Source of the DNA: Candidatus Helarchaeota archaeon | GTDB lineage: Archaea; Asgardarchaeota; Lokiarchaeia; Helarchaeales; RDOG01 | Direction: 5' to 3' | Assembly: GCA_029838215.1 (NCBI GenBank) | Contig: JALGVI010000011.1 | Location: 1-64,000, forward strand | Length of the DNA stretch: 64,000 nt | In this document: in pieces, positions 10,518 through 20,451 of the stretch | Layout: each line of letters starts with the position of its first letter | How positions within the stretch are numbered: position 1 is the stretch's first letter | Notes under the pieces: model-generated | What the model saw: the letters and a program-made list of their open reading frames with translations, nothing else | Database searches by the model: none | Told to the model about the DNA's origin: nothing | Translations under genes and position numbers: made by a program

Positions 10518-11909
10518 TTGGCGAGTCGAATATCATTGGCAGATCTCGAAGGGTTAACAAAAATTCTACTTGAAAATGGAAAAAATAAAGATGAAATCAT
10601 CGACATTCTGGTAAAAGAATATCAATTCTACAAAAAAATCGCCACGATAGAAGCTCGATCGATGGCTGAAGCCGTCATTACTGAAGTCCAAAATACACAA
10701 AAAAAACCCGAAAGCGAATTATTACAAAAAATCCTTGAAATTCCTCTATCAGGAGTAACGATGGGGGAACAAGGTGTTGGGTGCCGTGGACAAGGCGATT
10801 TTCACGTTCATGAATTAATCTCTTCCCTTTCTGAAACTAAAATAAAACCCGTTCTTTCACCGAAATCCCTCGATGATTGCGGTGCGATAATGTGGAAAAA
10901 TGCGAATGATACGATGTATATCGTTTCGAAAATGGAAGGAATGCATTCCAGGCTCAGCGATTTTCCTTTTTTTGCAGGGTTTCACGTGACCAGAGCGGCA
11001 TTGAGAGATCTCTACGTTAAAGGAGCAATACCCGTTTCACTCATGGTTGACATCCATCTTGCTGATGATGCCGATATCGGAAAATTGTTTGATTTCATGA
11101 TCGGCGTCAGTACGGTTGCTGAACTTACAAGCGTCCCCATTACTGCCGGTTCCACGCTTCGCATTGGTGGAGATATGGTTATAGGATCTCGAATAACTGG
11201 AGGGATAGCAGGGCTGGGCGTGGCAAGAAAATTACTCGCCCGAAAAAATATCAGAATAGGAGATGACATCTTAATGAGCGAAGGCGCGGGTGGAGGGACC
11301 ATCGTGACTACAGCACTATATGGAGGTAAACCCGACGTGGCATTAGAAACCATGAACATTCAATTCTTAAAAGCATCACAGGCTTTGCTTGAAAATCCCA
11401 TCATGGATGAGATTCATGCATGTACTGATGTCACGAATGGTGGACTACGCGGTGATCTGTATGAGATTGCAAAGGAAGCGAATGTTGGAATGCAAGTCGT
11501 CGAAACAAAAGTCAAGGAACTCGTGAATCCGAAAGTCTTGCAAATGTTAAATGACTTGAATGTCGATTATATGGGCGTCTCGCTTGATGCATTGCTAATC
11601 TTCTGTCCCAAGAACATAACACGGAAAATAATTAATATTATTCAAGGTGCAGGAGTCAAAATTCATAAAATTGGTGAAGTTGTACCTAAAGATCAAGGTA
11701 TAACTTGCCTTCGAGAATCGGGAGAGGTCGAATTAATTCCCCACTTTAGAGAAAGTGCCTACACGAAAATTAAAAAAGTTGTCGGGGAAGATCTTCAAGA
11801 ATCAAGGCAAGCCTTGCTCGCAAAAAAAGTCACTCAAGCGTATGAATCCGCATTAAAGAAAAAAGAAATCGTGGTCAAATGGATGCAAGAAAGAGGGGAA
11901 ACGCGATGA
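10518..11909 (+). CDS. AIR-synthase (PurM/HypE-like) related protein
   Basis: MGEQGVGCRGQGDFHVH, LDDCG, EGMHSRLSDFPF, TDVTNGGLRGD. Confidence 0.8.
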   Translation: MASRISLADLEGLTKILLENGKNKDEIIDILVKEYQFYKKIATIEARSMAEAVITEVQNTQKKPESELLQKILEIPLSGVTMGEQGVGCRGQGDFHVHELISSLSETKIKPVLSPKSLDDCGAIMWKNANDTMYIVSKMEGMHSRLSDFPFFAGFHVTRAALRDLYVKGAIPVSLMVDIHLADDADIGKLFDFMIGVSTVAELTSVPITAGSTLRIGGDMVIGSRITGGIAGLGVARKLLARKNIRIGDDILMSEGAGGGTIVTTALYGGKPDVALETMNIQFLKASQALLENPIMDEIHACTDVTNGGLRGDLYEIAKEANVGMQVVETKVKELVNPKVLQMLNDLNVDYMGVSLDALLIFCPKNITRKIINIIQGAGVKIHKIGEVVPKDQGITCLRESGEVELIPHFRESAYTKIKKVVGEDLQESRQALLAKKVTQAYESALKKKEIVVKWMQERGETR

Positions 11910-12898
11910 AATTAATCGTAAAAACTCCAAGTCGTCTTCATTTTTCATTAATCGATTTGAACGGATCTCTTGGAAGAGTCGACGGTGGAATTGGTGTTGC
12001 ATTAAATTATCCTAATGTCGTGATCGAAATAGAACCGTCTGAAAATTCTCATTTTGAAATTTCTGCCCGGAAAAATCAATCTCTAATCCAAGAACTCGTG
12101 GAAAAAATCATTCAAAATTTTGACATTCATCATGGATTTCATCTTCACGTCAAGGAGCAAATACCCAATCACGTGGGATTGGGCTCCAAGACTCAATTAT
12201 GTTTGGCTATTGCGTATGCCATTTCTCGAATGATTCAAAGAACACCCAATATCAAGGAACTGGCACGCATGACAAGTCGTGGAGGGACTTCAGGCATCGG
12301 CGTGAATATCTTCCAAAAAGGTGGATTCGTTCTAGATGCTGGGCATTCCTATGGAAATGGTCTCGAAAAAAATTCTTTCCTACCATCATCCGCTTCTATT
12401 GCTCCGCCTCCCCCTATTTTATTTCATTCTACTCTTCCGGAAGATTGGTTATTCGTCAACGCGATTCCTTATTTGGGACGCGACATACACGGCAAGGAAG
12501 AAGTGAATATTTTTCAAACATCATGCCCCATTTCCGATGAAGAAGTTGGAAAAGTATGCCGAATAATCCTCATGCGAATTTTACCGGGCATTAAAACAAA
12601 TTCCATTGAATTATTTGGTCGAGGATTAACTGAATTACAAAACGTGGGTTTTAAGAAACTTGAAGTCGATCTTCAACCCGAGCTAATCAAGAACCTGATT
12701 CGATTTAATCTCGAAAACGGCGCTCATGGGGCAGGGATCTCCTCATTTGGATGTCTGACCTATGGAATTGTAAAAGGAATAAACGAAGCGCGTAAGCTAA
12801 AAGTCAAAATACAGGATTTTTTGGACAAAAAAGACGGTGGGAAAGTATTCATTTCTTCTGTAAAAAATTCTGGTTTCGAAATAACACAAAATGGTTAA
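11906..12898 (+). CDS. mptG: Beta-ribofuranosylaminobenzene 5'-phosphate (RFAP) synthase, GHMP-kinase fold
   Basis: TPSRLHFSLIDLNGSLGRVDGGIG, HVGLGSKTQL, RGGTSGIG, GGFVLDAGH, SSFG. ATGA overlap with the upstream gene. Confidence 0.92.
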   Translation: MKLIVKTPSRLHFSLIDLNGSLGRVDGGIGVALNYPNVVIEIEPSENSHFEISARKNQSLIQELVEKIIQNFDIHHGFHLHVKEQIPNHVGLGSKTQLCLAIAYAISRMIQRTPNIKELARMTSRGGTSGIGVNIFQKGGFVLDAGHSYGNGLEKNSFLPSSASIAPPPPILFHSTLPEDWLFVNAIPYLGRDIHGKEEVNIFQTSCPISDEEVGKVCRIILMRILPGIKTNSIELFGRGLTELQNVGFKKLEVDLQPELIKNLIRFNLENGAHGAGISSFGCLTYGIVKGINEARKLKVKIQDFLDKKDGGKVFISSVKNSGFEITQNG

Positions 12899-12915
12899 GA
12901 TTTTCGTGAAAAAAC

Positions 12916-13998
12916 ATGGTCAAAGTTATTGGAATTGATCCCGGTACCAAGTCATACGGGATTTTAGGTTTGGAAGATGGAAAAGTAATTTTGGACACGT
13001 CATTCTCAACTAAAAACGTCTTGAAAAATCCACATCTTGTAATAAACGCTTTGGAATCCATTCAACAGATTGACTTGGTCGTGGCTCCCTCGGGATTAGG
13101 ACTACCACTTGTACCCATCTCAGATCTTAACGAAGCCCACGTGTTTGAAATGACACTTGAAAAAAAACATCAAGGTAACATATCTGCAGTCGTTCAAGTC
13201 GCAAGATTGCTTAAAGAGAAAAATTATGAAGGATTTTTTATTCCTGGCGTCAAGCTCCTGCCTTCTGTCCCTCCATATCGGAAGATCAATAAAATTGACA
13301 TGGGCACTGCAGACAAGGTCTGTTCTGCAGTATTGGCAATACATGACCAAGCAAGAAATTTAACAATTCCTGTCCAAGAAACATCATTCATTTTGGTAGA
13401 GATGGGGTCTGGCTTTAATGCAGTCCTAGGCATAGACAAAGGTAAGATCGTAGATGGCATTGGAGGAACGATGGGTGGTTTCGGTTTCTTATCCTGTGGA
13501 GGACTGGATGCGGAAGTCGCCTACCTTCTAGGTGAATTCGAAAAAAAACAATTATACAAAGGAGGCGCGGCTTATGTCGCAGGCTATGCCAATTTAAGCA
13601 TTGATGAATTCATGATTCAATCTCGAAAGGATGACTTGTTTGAAATGGCATTGAACGGTATGATTGATGGTCTCCTGAAGGGAATCCATGCAATGACCGT
13701 TTCCGTTCCCAGCCCTAGAGAAATCATCCTATCAGGAACATTAGTTCGTAATGACCCATTCTTTCAGGCATTGATTGAAAAAATCCCGAATATTGCACCT
13801 GTGAGAAAGATAAGAGGATTGCCAGGCTCAAAAATCACCAAAGATGCTGCACAAGGTGCTGCCATCATCGCAGATGGTCTTGTCGGCGGGCAATTTGAAC
13901 CATTAATCGATAATCTTGAAATGAAAAAAGCACACGGATCGAATCTTGATTCCGTATTTCTGGAAGGCATCGAACGATTCCGTATGAGAAGAAAATGA
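12916..13998 (+). CDS. DUF1464-family ASKHA-fold (butyrate kinase-related) protein
   Basis: IGIDPGTKS, APSGLGLP, KIDMGTADK, EMGSGFNA, DGIGGT, AAQGAAIIADGL. Confidence 0.85.
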   Translation: MVKVIGIDPGTKSYGILGLEDGKVILDTSFSTKNVLKNPHLVINALESIQQIDLVVAPSGLGLPLVPISDLNEAHVFEMTLEKKHQGNISAVVQVARLLKEKNYEGFFIPGVKLLPSVPPYRKINKIDMGTADKVCSAVLAIHDQARNLTIPVQETSFILVEMGSGFNAVLGIDKGKIVDGIGGTMGGFGFLSCGGLDAEVAYLLGEFEKKQLYKGGAAYVAGYANLSIDEFMIQSRKDDLFEMALNGMIDGLLKGIHAMTVSVPSPREIILSGTLVRNDPFFQALIEKIPNIAPVRKIRGLPGSKITKDAAQGAAIIADGLVGGQFEPLIDNLEMKKAHGSNLDSVFLEGIERFRMRRK

Positions 13999-14077
13999 CA
14001 CGAACTTCGAGATCACCGCAAGGAAAAGCCTTAATCGGTTGAATTCGTTTTACTATGAAAAATAATGAGGGATTTTA

Positions 14078-15625
14078 ATGAAAAAAGCACTAATCCTAAC
14101 GGGAATGGATGCATTTGATCTCGTGAGGTCCTTTACACGCGATATCTCCGAAAAAATTGAAGTTAAAAAAATGCCCATTTCTATAGCAGCTTTCATGACT
14201 CCAACTTTAATCGAGAATTGGCTCAATTCCATGAATCTCGATATATTCGAATTCGTTATGGTTCCAGGATTGATGAAAGGAAATCTTTCCGAAATATCTG
14301 ATCGCCTGAACATCCCAATATACAAGGGTCCGAAGTATGCAGCAGACATTTCGAAGGCACTCGATCATGTCGATAAGCTCTCGAGCTCAAGGGCGGCTGA
14401 TTTCCTCTTTCAACAAGCGGATCTGGACATGCTTCAAGAGGCCATTCAGAAATATGCAAGAGAAACAGCTTGCTTCCCGTTGGGACAAGAAGAATCTCGT
14501 GTTTTCGTTGGCACGCAAACGTTTCCAATTATCTTGGGAGAAATCGTGGATGCACCGAAACTATCCGTGGAGGAAAACTTACAAATTGCCCTGCAATATG
14601 TGGATGAAGGTGCAAATGTCATTGATCTTGGTTGCATGGTAAAGAAAAAAAATCCCGAAAAAATCAAGGAAATTCTTACGCGATTAAAGAAAAATGAGAC
14701 GTTAAAAAACGTGCCATTTAGTATTGACAGTCTCAATCCCGAAGAAATCATTGCAGGTGTTGAAGCAGGAGCTGAATTAGTATTGAGCATTGATGCCGGT
14801 AATATCGAAGTATTGAATTCCATCCCTGACGAAACCGCCATTGTCGTCCTCCCGACAAACGTTCGCGAAGGCTTCATGCCTCAGACACCAGAAAATCGCG
14901 TCAAAAAATTAAAAGAAACCATAAAACACGCTAAAGGTAAAGGCTTCACGCGAATCATTGCTGATCCATTACTGGAATCTCCCATCATGCCTGGTCTTTA
15001 TAAATCTTTGAAATCTTACGAACTTTTTCAAGAGCAGGAACAGTCAATTCCTTTGATGTTTGGTATTGGAAACGTGACAGAACTTGTCGATGCTGATTCA
15101 ACTGGATTGAACATGTTGCTTGCTTGTTTGGCTTTAGAGCTAAATGTATCAGTTCTTTTGACTACAGAATATAGCCCAAAATCACGCCTGAGTATAAATG
15201 AATTATCTATTGCTCTTCAGATGTGTTTTATTGCACGGTTGAAAAGAACTCCTCCTAAAGATATGGCATTATCGCTACTTCGAGCAAAGAGTAAAATTGA
15301 ATTCATGCCACCTCTCAAATTAGAAGGGCTCGATTTCACCCCAATATCTCCTTCAACCGAGAGCTTCGAATTTGATCAAAAAGGATATTTTAAAATTTGG
15401 GTAAATCATTTTGACAAGCAGATAAATGTCATTCATTACGATTTAGATAACTCTGCTCGAATCGCCTTTCAAGCACCATCGGCCCGAGACCTGTGTGCTG
15501 AAATCAACCGTCGCGCCCTAGTTTCTTTGAATGAACATGCCTCGTACTTGGGACGAGAATTGGAAAAAGCTGAGATTTGTTTGAAGTTGGGTAAAAGCTA
15601 CATTCAGGATGACGAAATTTGGTGA
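14078..15625 (+). CDS. Dihydropteroate synthase-like protein (MJ0107 type; DUF6513-like N-terminus, DUF4346-like C-terminus)
   Basis: ISIAAFMTP...VPGL...KGPKYAADI, GEIVDAP, GANVIDLG, SIDSLNP, IADPLL, GIGNVTELVDADSTGLN, HASYLGRELEKAE. Confidence 0.88.
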   Translation: MKKALILTGMDAFDLVRSFTRDISEKIEVKKMPISIAAFMTPTLIENWLNSMNLDIFEFVMVPGLMKGNLSEISDRLNIPIYKGPKYAADISKALDHVDKLSSSRAADFLFQQADLDMLQEAIQKYARETACFPLGQEESRVFVGTQTFPIILGEIVDAPKLSVEENLQIALQYVDEGANVIDLGCMVKKKNPEKIKEILTRLKKNETLKNVPFSIDSLNPEEIIAGVEAGAELVLSIDAGNIEVLNSIPDETAIVVLPTNVREGFMPQTPENRVKKLKETIKHAKGKGFTRIIADPLLESPIMPGLYKSLKSYELFQEQEQSIPLMFGIGNVTELVDADSTGLNMLLACLALELNVSVLLTTEYSPKSRLSINELSIALQMCFIARLKRTPPKDMALSLLRAKSKIEFMPPLKLEGLDFTPISPSTESFEFDQKGYFKIWVNHFDKQINVIHYDLDNSARIAFQAPSARDLCAEINRRALVSLNEHASYLGRELEKAEICLKLGKSYIQDDEIW

Positions 15626-15631
15626 ATTCTC

Positions 15632-16585
15632 ATGGATAAACTTCGTGACATTCAAAATACAATTGCTGAATATAACGTTGCCATTAATAAAGTTGGCATC
15701 CAAAACGTAGTAAAAAGAATTCGATTAAAAAAGGACTCTAGCTCATATGATTTCTCTGGACGCCTTTCTGCCTTCATCGACCTTCCCCGAGAAAAACGTG
15801 GCATTCACATGTCAAGAAATCCCGAATCGATCGAAGAAGTGTTGAATGAGTTTCAATTTAAAAAGGCAACCTCTTTCGAAATGTTCGTGAAAGGCGTGGC
15901 AGAAACGTTATTAAAAAAACATGAATATAGCTCAAATTCTGAAGTCGCGTTGAAAGGCACTCTAATTTTGGAAATGGCTCAAGACTATGGGGGTACATAT
16001 CAAAAATCCTTAGATATTATGGTTCGAGCAGCCTCTTCACGTAGCACTCAAGACCTGAAGACCACGATCACGTTACGTGTTTCTTCATTGGGAATGAATT
16101 CGTGTCCATGTGCACAAGAGATGATTCGAGATTATTCGAAAGATATCCTTCTCAAACGAGCTGAAAACCTAAACTTGAGCGAAGAAACAATTGATAGCAT
16201 TCTTCAACTGGTTCCACTGGCAACTCACAGTCAAAGAGGACGAGGAACAATCGAAATCGAAGAATTAAAAGAAAATTCTATAGACCTACTTGAGTTAATT
16301 GATATTATTGAAGGATCAATGTCCGCACGTATCTCGGCTGATGTTTTAAAACGACCTGAAGAGGGAAAATTGGTTCGTCTTGCTCATTTTAATCCAAAAT
16401 TCGTAGAAGACAGCTTGAGGCACATGGCATTCCATCTCATCCGGAAATTCAAGCACTTGCCTGATGATACAAGAATATGCCTACAGATGGAAAATATGGA
16501 AAGTATTCATTCATATGATGCTGTTGCTACAAAAATAACGACAATTAAAGAATTAAAGGAAGAACTATTGGCTCCAAATGGGTGA
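15632..16585 (+). CDS. mptA: GTP cyclohydrolase IV (FolE2/MptA family)
   Basis: DIQ...INKVGI, RGIHMSR, GMNSCPCAQE, THSQRG, LKRPEE, NPKFVED, ESIHSYD. Confidence 0.93.
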   Translation: MDKLRDIQNTIAEYNVAINKVGIQNVVKRIRLKKDSSSYDFSGRLSAFIDLPREKRGIHMSRNPESIEEVLNEFQFKKATSFEMFVKGVAETLLKKHEYSSNSEVALKGTLILEMAQDYGGTYQKSLDIMVRAASSRSTQDLKTTITLRVSSLGMNSCPCAQEMIRDYSKDILLKRAENLNLSEETIDSILQLVPLATHSQRGRGTIEIEELKENSIDLLELIDIIEGSMSARISADVLKRPEEGKLVRLAHFNPKFVEDSLRHMAFHLIRKFKHLPDDTRICLQMENMESIHSYDAVATKITTIKELKEELLAPNG

Positions 16586-17612
16586 ACCAATGCCGATTTA
16601 TGCCCGTGAAGGAGATTTCATCGAAACTAATAACGATCTAATTTTCGATGTCAAGGGATTTATTCATCCTCCGGCTCACATTGTGGCCTACTTGAGATAC
16701 TATCCTGACACGCTGGGTGAAAGACATCGAAAAAATTGTCGTTATAAAAAAGTATATTCTTTAGATGAACGCTTTAAAATCTTAAAAACACAATTCCCAC
16801 AATTTATTTACGATGATCCCGCCATGGGACAACTCATTCAAGCCGTACCTCATCGGTACATTAGAAAAATATATGAGCCACATGTATATTTGGGTCGTGT
16901 TTTGAAAAAACCAAAAAACAGGTACGAGAAAGCCGTTGCCCGATTAACTCAATATATTCTTGATGAATCAGGAATTTTCCACTCTGATTTAGGTGTATCG
17001 GGATCGCCCATGGTCGGATTGAATCGTCCGGATTCTGACATTGACATTATTGTATATGGAAGTGAAAATGCAAGAAAAGTACATGATTCAATGGAACGTT
17101 TATTTAAAGATGAACAAATCCCCATTCGACCCTATAATTACCAAGAACTTCAAAAATTATATAAGTTCAAGAGTCAGGATACTCATGTTTCCTTCGAAGA
17201 TTTCGTGAAATTTGAAATCGAGAAAAAAACACAAGGAATATTCGAAGAAAAAATAGAATTTTTCATTCGAAATTTGAAAGCGTGGGATGAAATTGAAGCG
17301 AACCCAACGAATGAATACGGTTATTATAAATACCGAAACGTGGGTGAAATTGCAGTTCAGGCAAGGATCGTGAATGATCAAGAAGCCATTTTCACGCCCT
17401 GCATTTACGGCATAAAATTAATGAAAGTATTTGATGGTCCAAGCAATAAAAGTATTGAACGCGTGGTATCATACCGGGGCAGATTCACGGAAGCAAAATT
17501 AGGTAAAATAATAAATATCCGCGGAACCCTCGAAATTGTAAATGGAAAGAACGGAGAGGAATTCTATCAAATCGTGGTTGGTGCACGAAAAGAACATTAC
17601 TTGACATATTGA
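16578..17612 (+). CDS. Predicted nucleotidyltransferase (COG1665-like), paralog 1
   Basis: REGDFIET...FDVKGFIHP...YLRYYPD, GVSGS...SDIDIIVYG (pol-beta NTase G-S...DxD), C-terminal OB-like ERVVSYRGRF. Confidence 0.8.
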   Translation: MGEPMPIYAREGDFIETNNDLIFDVKGFIHPPAHIVAYLRYYPDTLGERHRKNCRYKKVYSLDERFKILKTQFPQFIYDDPAMGQLIQAVPHRYIRKIYEPHVYLGRVLKKPKNRYEKAVARLTQYILDESGIFHSDLGVSGSPMVGLNRPDSDIDIIVYGSENARKVHDSMERLFKDEQIPIRPYNYQELQKLYKFKSQDTHVSFEDFVKFEIEKKTQGIFEEKIEFFIRNLKAWDEIEANPTNEYGYYKYRNVGEIAVQARIVNDQEAIFTPCIYGIKLMKVFDGPSNKSIERVVSYRGRFTEAKLGKIINIRGTLEIVNGKNGEEFYQIVVGARKEHYLTY

Positions 17613-17630
17613 TTCAAATATGGTGAAGCT

Positions 17631-18698
17631 ATGGCAAGACAAACTGATGTTAATCTGTTGTCATCTCCTTTGGATCATGACTTCATTCTCACTTTGGAAA
17701 ACTATTTCTTCACTGTTGTGGGGTATCAACATCCGCCTGACCGCATTTTCGCCTATTTGAAATACGTTCCTGCACCTGAAGGAAAATGGCGAGTTGATAA
17801 ACAACCCCTTGAAAGAGTGCTTCCTCATTATTCCGCAGCAATGGTTCATGAGACCTTCCAAATATTAGAAAAACAACACCCTGAATACATATTTGATTGC
17901 CCTATTAACAACATAACTATGACAGCAGTCCCGAAATCATCTATTAAGGAATACTTCAAACCGCAACAAGCCATCTCAAAATTAAAACAAGAATCAAAAC
18001 TTGATTTACTTCAAAGAAAAACTCTTGATCTCATTGACGTGTTGACTGATATGGGTGGAATTCAGCACAAATCTTTCGGTGTTACCGGGTCCATTCTCCT
18101 AGACATTCACGATCCAAGCTTCTCTGACATTGATCTTACCATTCATGGTCATTCAAATTCAATGATCATCAAAGATGTCGTGACGAACCTTTATGAAGCA
18201 GATTCTCGGTTCGCAAGGATGAGCATTCAAGAAGCAAGCGAATGGAAAGCGCGTAAAGTAAAGCAATTTAATCTCACGTCAGAAAATGTAGAAATTCTAT
18301 ACAGGCGAAAATGGAATATGGGTTACTTTACGAATACGAAATTTTCGGTTCACCCGATTCATCTAGAAAAAGAAATAAAAGACTCCTACGGGTCGAAGAG
18401 ATTCATTCCCAAAGGTGAAATCACTATAAAGGCTTGTATTGTGGATGATCAAGAAGCCATGTACATCCCTTGCATCTATGAAATAGACGAAGTCCACGTG
18501 ATTGAAGGAAAAAAAGTGAAAAACATTAGAGAAATCATATCTTTTGAAGGATTGTACTGTTCTGTCGGAAAAGTTGGTGAAAAAATTACATGTAGGGGAA
18601 AATTAGAAGAAGTAATTGTTCCCGAACACGATAACTATTATCGAATCGTACTAGGTTCTTTTTCAACAACTCAGGACTTCTTTCATCCTCAAGAATAG
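17631..18698 (+). CDS. Predicted nucleotidyltransferase (COG1665-like), paralog 2
   Basis: FTVVGYQHPP...YLKYVP, GVTGS...SDIDLTIHG, REIISFEGLY; collinear with the upstream paralog. Confidence 0.8.
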   Translation: MARQTDVNLLSSPLDHDFILTLENYFFTVVGYQHPPDRIFAYLKYVPAPEGKWRVDKQPLERVLPHYSAAMVHETFQILEKQHPEYIFDCPINNITMTAVPKSSIKEYFKPQQAISKLKQESKLDLLQRKTLDLIDVLTDMGGIQHKSFGVTGSILLDIHDPSFSDIDLTIHGHSNSMIIKDVVTNLYEADSRFARMSIQEASEWKARKVKQFNLTSENVEILYRRKWNMGYFTNTKFSVHPIHLEKEIKDSYGSKRFIPKGEITIKACIVDDQEAMYIPCIYEIDEVHVIEGKKVKNIREIISFEGLYCSVGKVGEKITCRGKLEEVIVPEHDNYYRIVLGSFSTTQDFFHPQE

Positions 18699-18829
18699 AC
18701 CTGTTTTGCGACGAACTCTCCTATCCAAATTCAGGCATTACTCCTAAAGACATGATTTATAAGGACGGAACATAATCTATTGCTTGAAATTGGTATTTTC
18801 ATTCAAGTAAGAGGCAGTTGGTAAGTAAA

Positions 18830-19228
18830 ATGAGCGAGTATGATGAACTTGCAACGAAACTAAGCGAAATTTCTGAAAAATTGGCAACGGTAGCAGATCT
18901 AATCACGACGTTGGTCAATGCAATAAAAACCATGGGACAACACTTGGGTGATAAAATGACTCAACTTACCGAGATGGTGAAAACCTATGGTATAAAAGCA
19001 ACAGAAACAGGTTCTGGCGATTTTGACCAAATACAAAGTGCTATCTCCAAAATATTTGAAAAAATTGATACATTAAACACGATTACTGGACAAAAATCCC
19101 TCCAAGATTCTGGTACTGCCTTGAATGAGTTATTGGACATGCTTGATACTGTTGCATTTGATCCTGAAGAAATTAAAATAAAAATAAATGAGATCACGAC
19201 ATTTATTGAAGAAATTAAGAAGAAATGA
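18830..19228 (+). CDS. Small all-helical coiled-coil protein (P1)
   Basis: 132 aa of heptad-patterned amphipathic helices with no TM segment. Alternative TTG start at 18818. Confidence 0.75.
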   Translation: MSEYDELATKLSEISEKLATVADLITTLVNAIKTMGQHLGDKMTQLTEMVKTYGIKATETGSGDFDQIQSAISKIFEKIDTLNTITGQKSLQDSGTALNELLDMLDTVAFDPEEIKIKINEITTFIEEIKKK

Positions 19229-19240
19229 AGGTGAAAACAC

Positions 19241-19888
19241 GTGGAAAAATCTGGTATCTCTTTTATCACGGCTGTCGCCAATGATATCTACGAAAAAGTC
19301 AATGGTGTAATAGAGTCATTCGAAAAAGTTGGAGAAATCCTACCCAACATAATGCAGGAAATAAATGATAATATGACAGCACTATCATCTTCAATTGGTC
19401 AGATGATCGAAGAAACCAATCAAAATCGTAATCTCACGAAAGATATGTTTTCTGAATTGACTGAAAAAGTCATAAATCAAATACAACAAATTCAAGACAA
19501 AAAAGAAGCTGAACTTGATGAAAAAGGATTAAAAGAAACCGTGCAAGTCTTGCAAAACGTTTCAAAAAACCTGAATGACAAGGTGTTTGATATTCAATAC
19601 GCTTTGATTATTGCAGGGATTCACACGATTGTTGACGTTCTAAAAGGATTAATTCAAGCACAACCCACACAACAAGTTCAGCCCGCTTCAGAAGAATCAA
19701 TTGTATTTTCCGATAAAGCTCCAATTCCTGTCAGCGCTTCAGAAACTGGAAAATTAGCTCCGAAAAAACCTGCAAAGCGAAAGAAAGGACGAAGAGCACC
19801 GGGTAAACCAACGCAAAAAACCGTGGGCTCTCATGAGGACGAACTTGAAAAAATGAGACGTAAAAAAAGGCTATTTGGTAACTACTAG
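19241..19888 (+). CDS. Coiled-coil protein with Pro/Lys-rich disordered tail ending RLFGNY (P2)
   Basis: Helical for the first ~140 aa, then a low-complexity tail. Aligns by eye with P4. Confidence 0.78.
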   Translation: MEKSGISFITAVANDIYEKVNGVIESFEKVGEILPNIMQEINDNMTALSSSIGQMIEETNQNRNLTKDMFSELTEKVINQIQQIQDKKEAELDEKGLKETVQVLQNVSKNLNDKVFDIQYALIIAGIHTIVDVLKGLIQAQPTQQVQPASEESIVFSDKAPIPVSASETGKLAPKKPAKRKKGRRAPGKPTQKTVGSHEDELEKMRRKKRLFGNY

Positions 19889-19899
19889 TGATTCTAAAT

Positions 19900-20418
19900 T
19901 CATCCGAATAAATCTGATGGCTTTAATAACGTATCATTTGTTTTATCCTTTTTTCCTGAAGTTTGGAGACTATCTAATTCTTCTTGTGGCGAGACGGAGC
20001 CTTGTGAAACGGGGACTCCTTCGCTTCCTATTGTAGGAATGGGTGCCGCAAGAGGCTCTTCTTTTGTAGTAACTCCTTGGACTGTTTTCGGAGATGAAGT
20101 CACTGCTGGGTGAGGGACTGGAGCAATGGCAACTTGGGTCATCAACTCGCGGACATCCTGTAAAACTCGATTGAGTTCCATTACCTGCATTTGTTTTTGT
20201 GTTTGCTCCATTAGAGTCGAGAACCGGGCCTCTAACTCATTCACTCTTGGGGAAACTGGACCTCCTCCCAAAGGTTTTTTTACGAGTTCTTTAATGGCAT
20301 TTTGATTTTCTGTAATCAATTCGGAGTTTTTCTTGATCTCATCAGCCATTGAGGTAACTTTTGTCAATATTTCTTTTAACACTCGAAGAATTTCTGATTC
20401 CATGACTTTATCTTCCAT
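19900..20418 (-). CDS. Coiled-coil protein with Pro/Ser/Thr tail ending LKPSDLFG (P3)
   Basis: Two helical segments, a disordered linker and a terminal motif shared with P6. Confidence 0.78.
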   Translation of the reverse strand: MEDKVMESEILRVLKEILTKVTSMADEIKKNSELITENQNAIKELVKKPLGGGPVSPRVNELEARFSTLMEQTQKQMQVMELNRVLQDVRELMTQVAIAPVPHPAVTSSPKTVQGVTTKEEPLAAPIPTIGSEGVPVSQGSVSPQEELDSLQTSGKKDKTNDTLLKPSDLFG

Positions 20419-20451
20419 GCCATCGACTCTCCATGATCATTTAACAAGTCA

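Noticed and set aside
10518-11909. PurM-fold protein as selenophosphate synthetase SelD, given the Sec genes nearby
   Set aside because: It lacks the N-terminal G[CU][GA]CK motif and has no in-frame UGA; its context is the pterin cluster.
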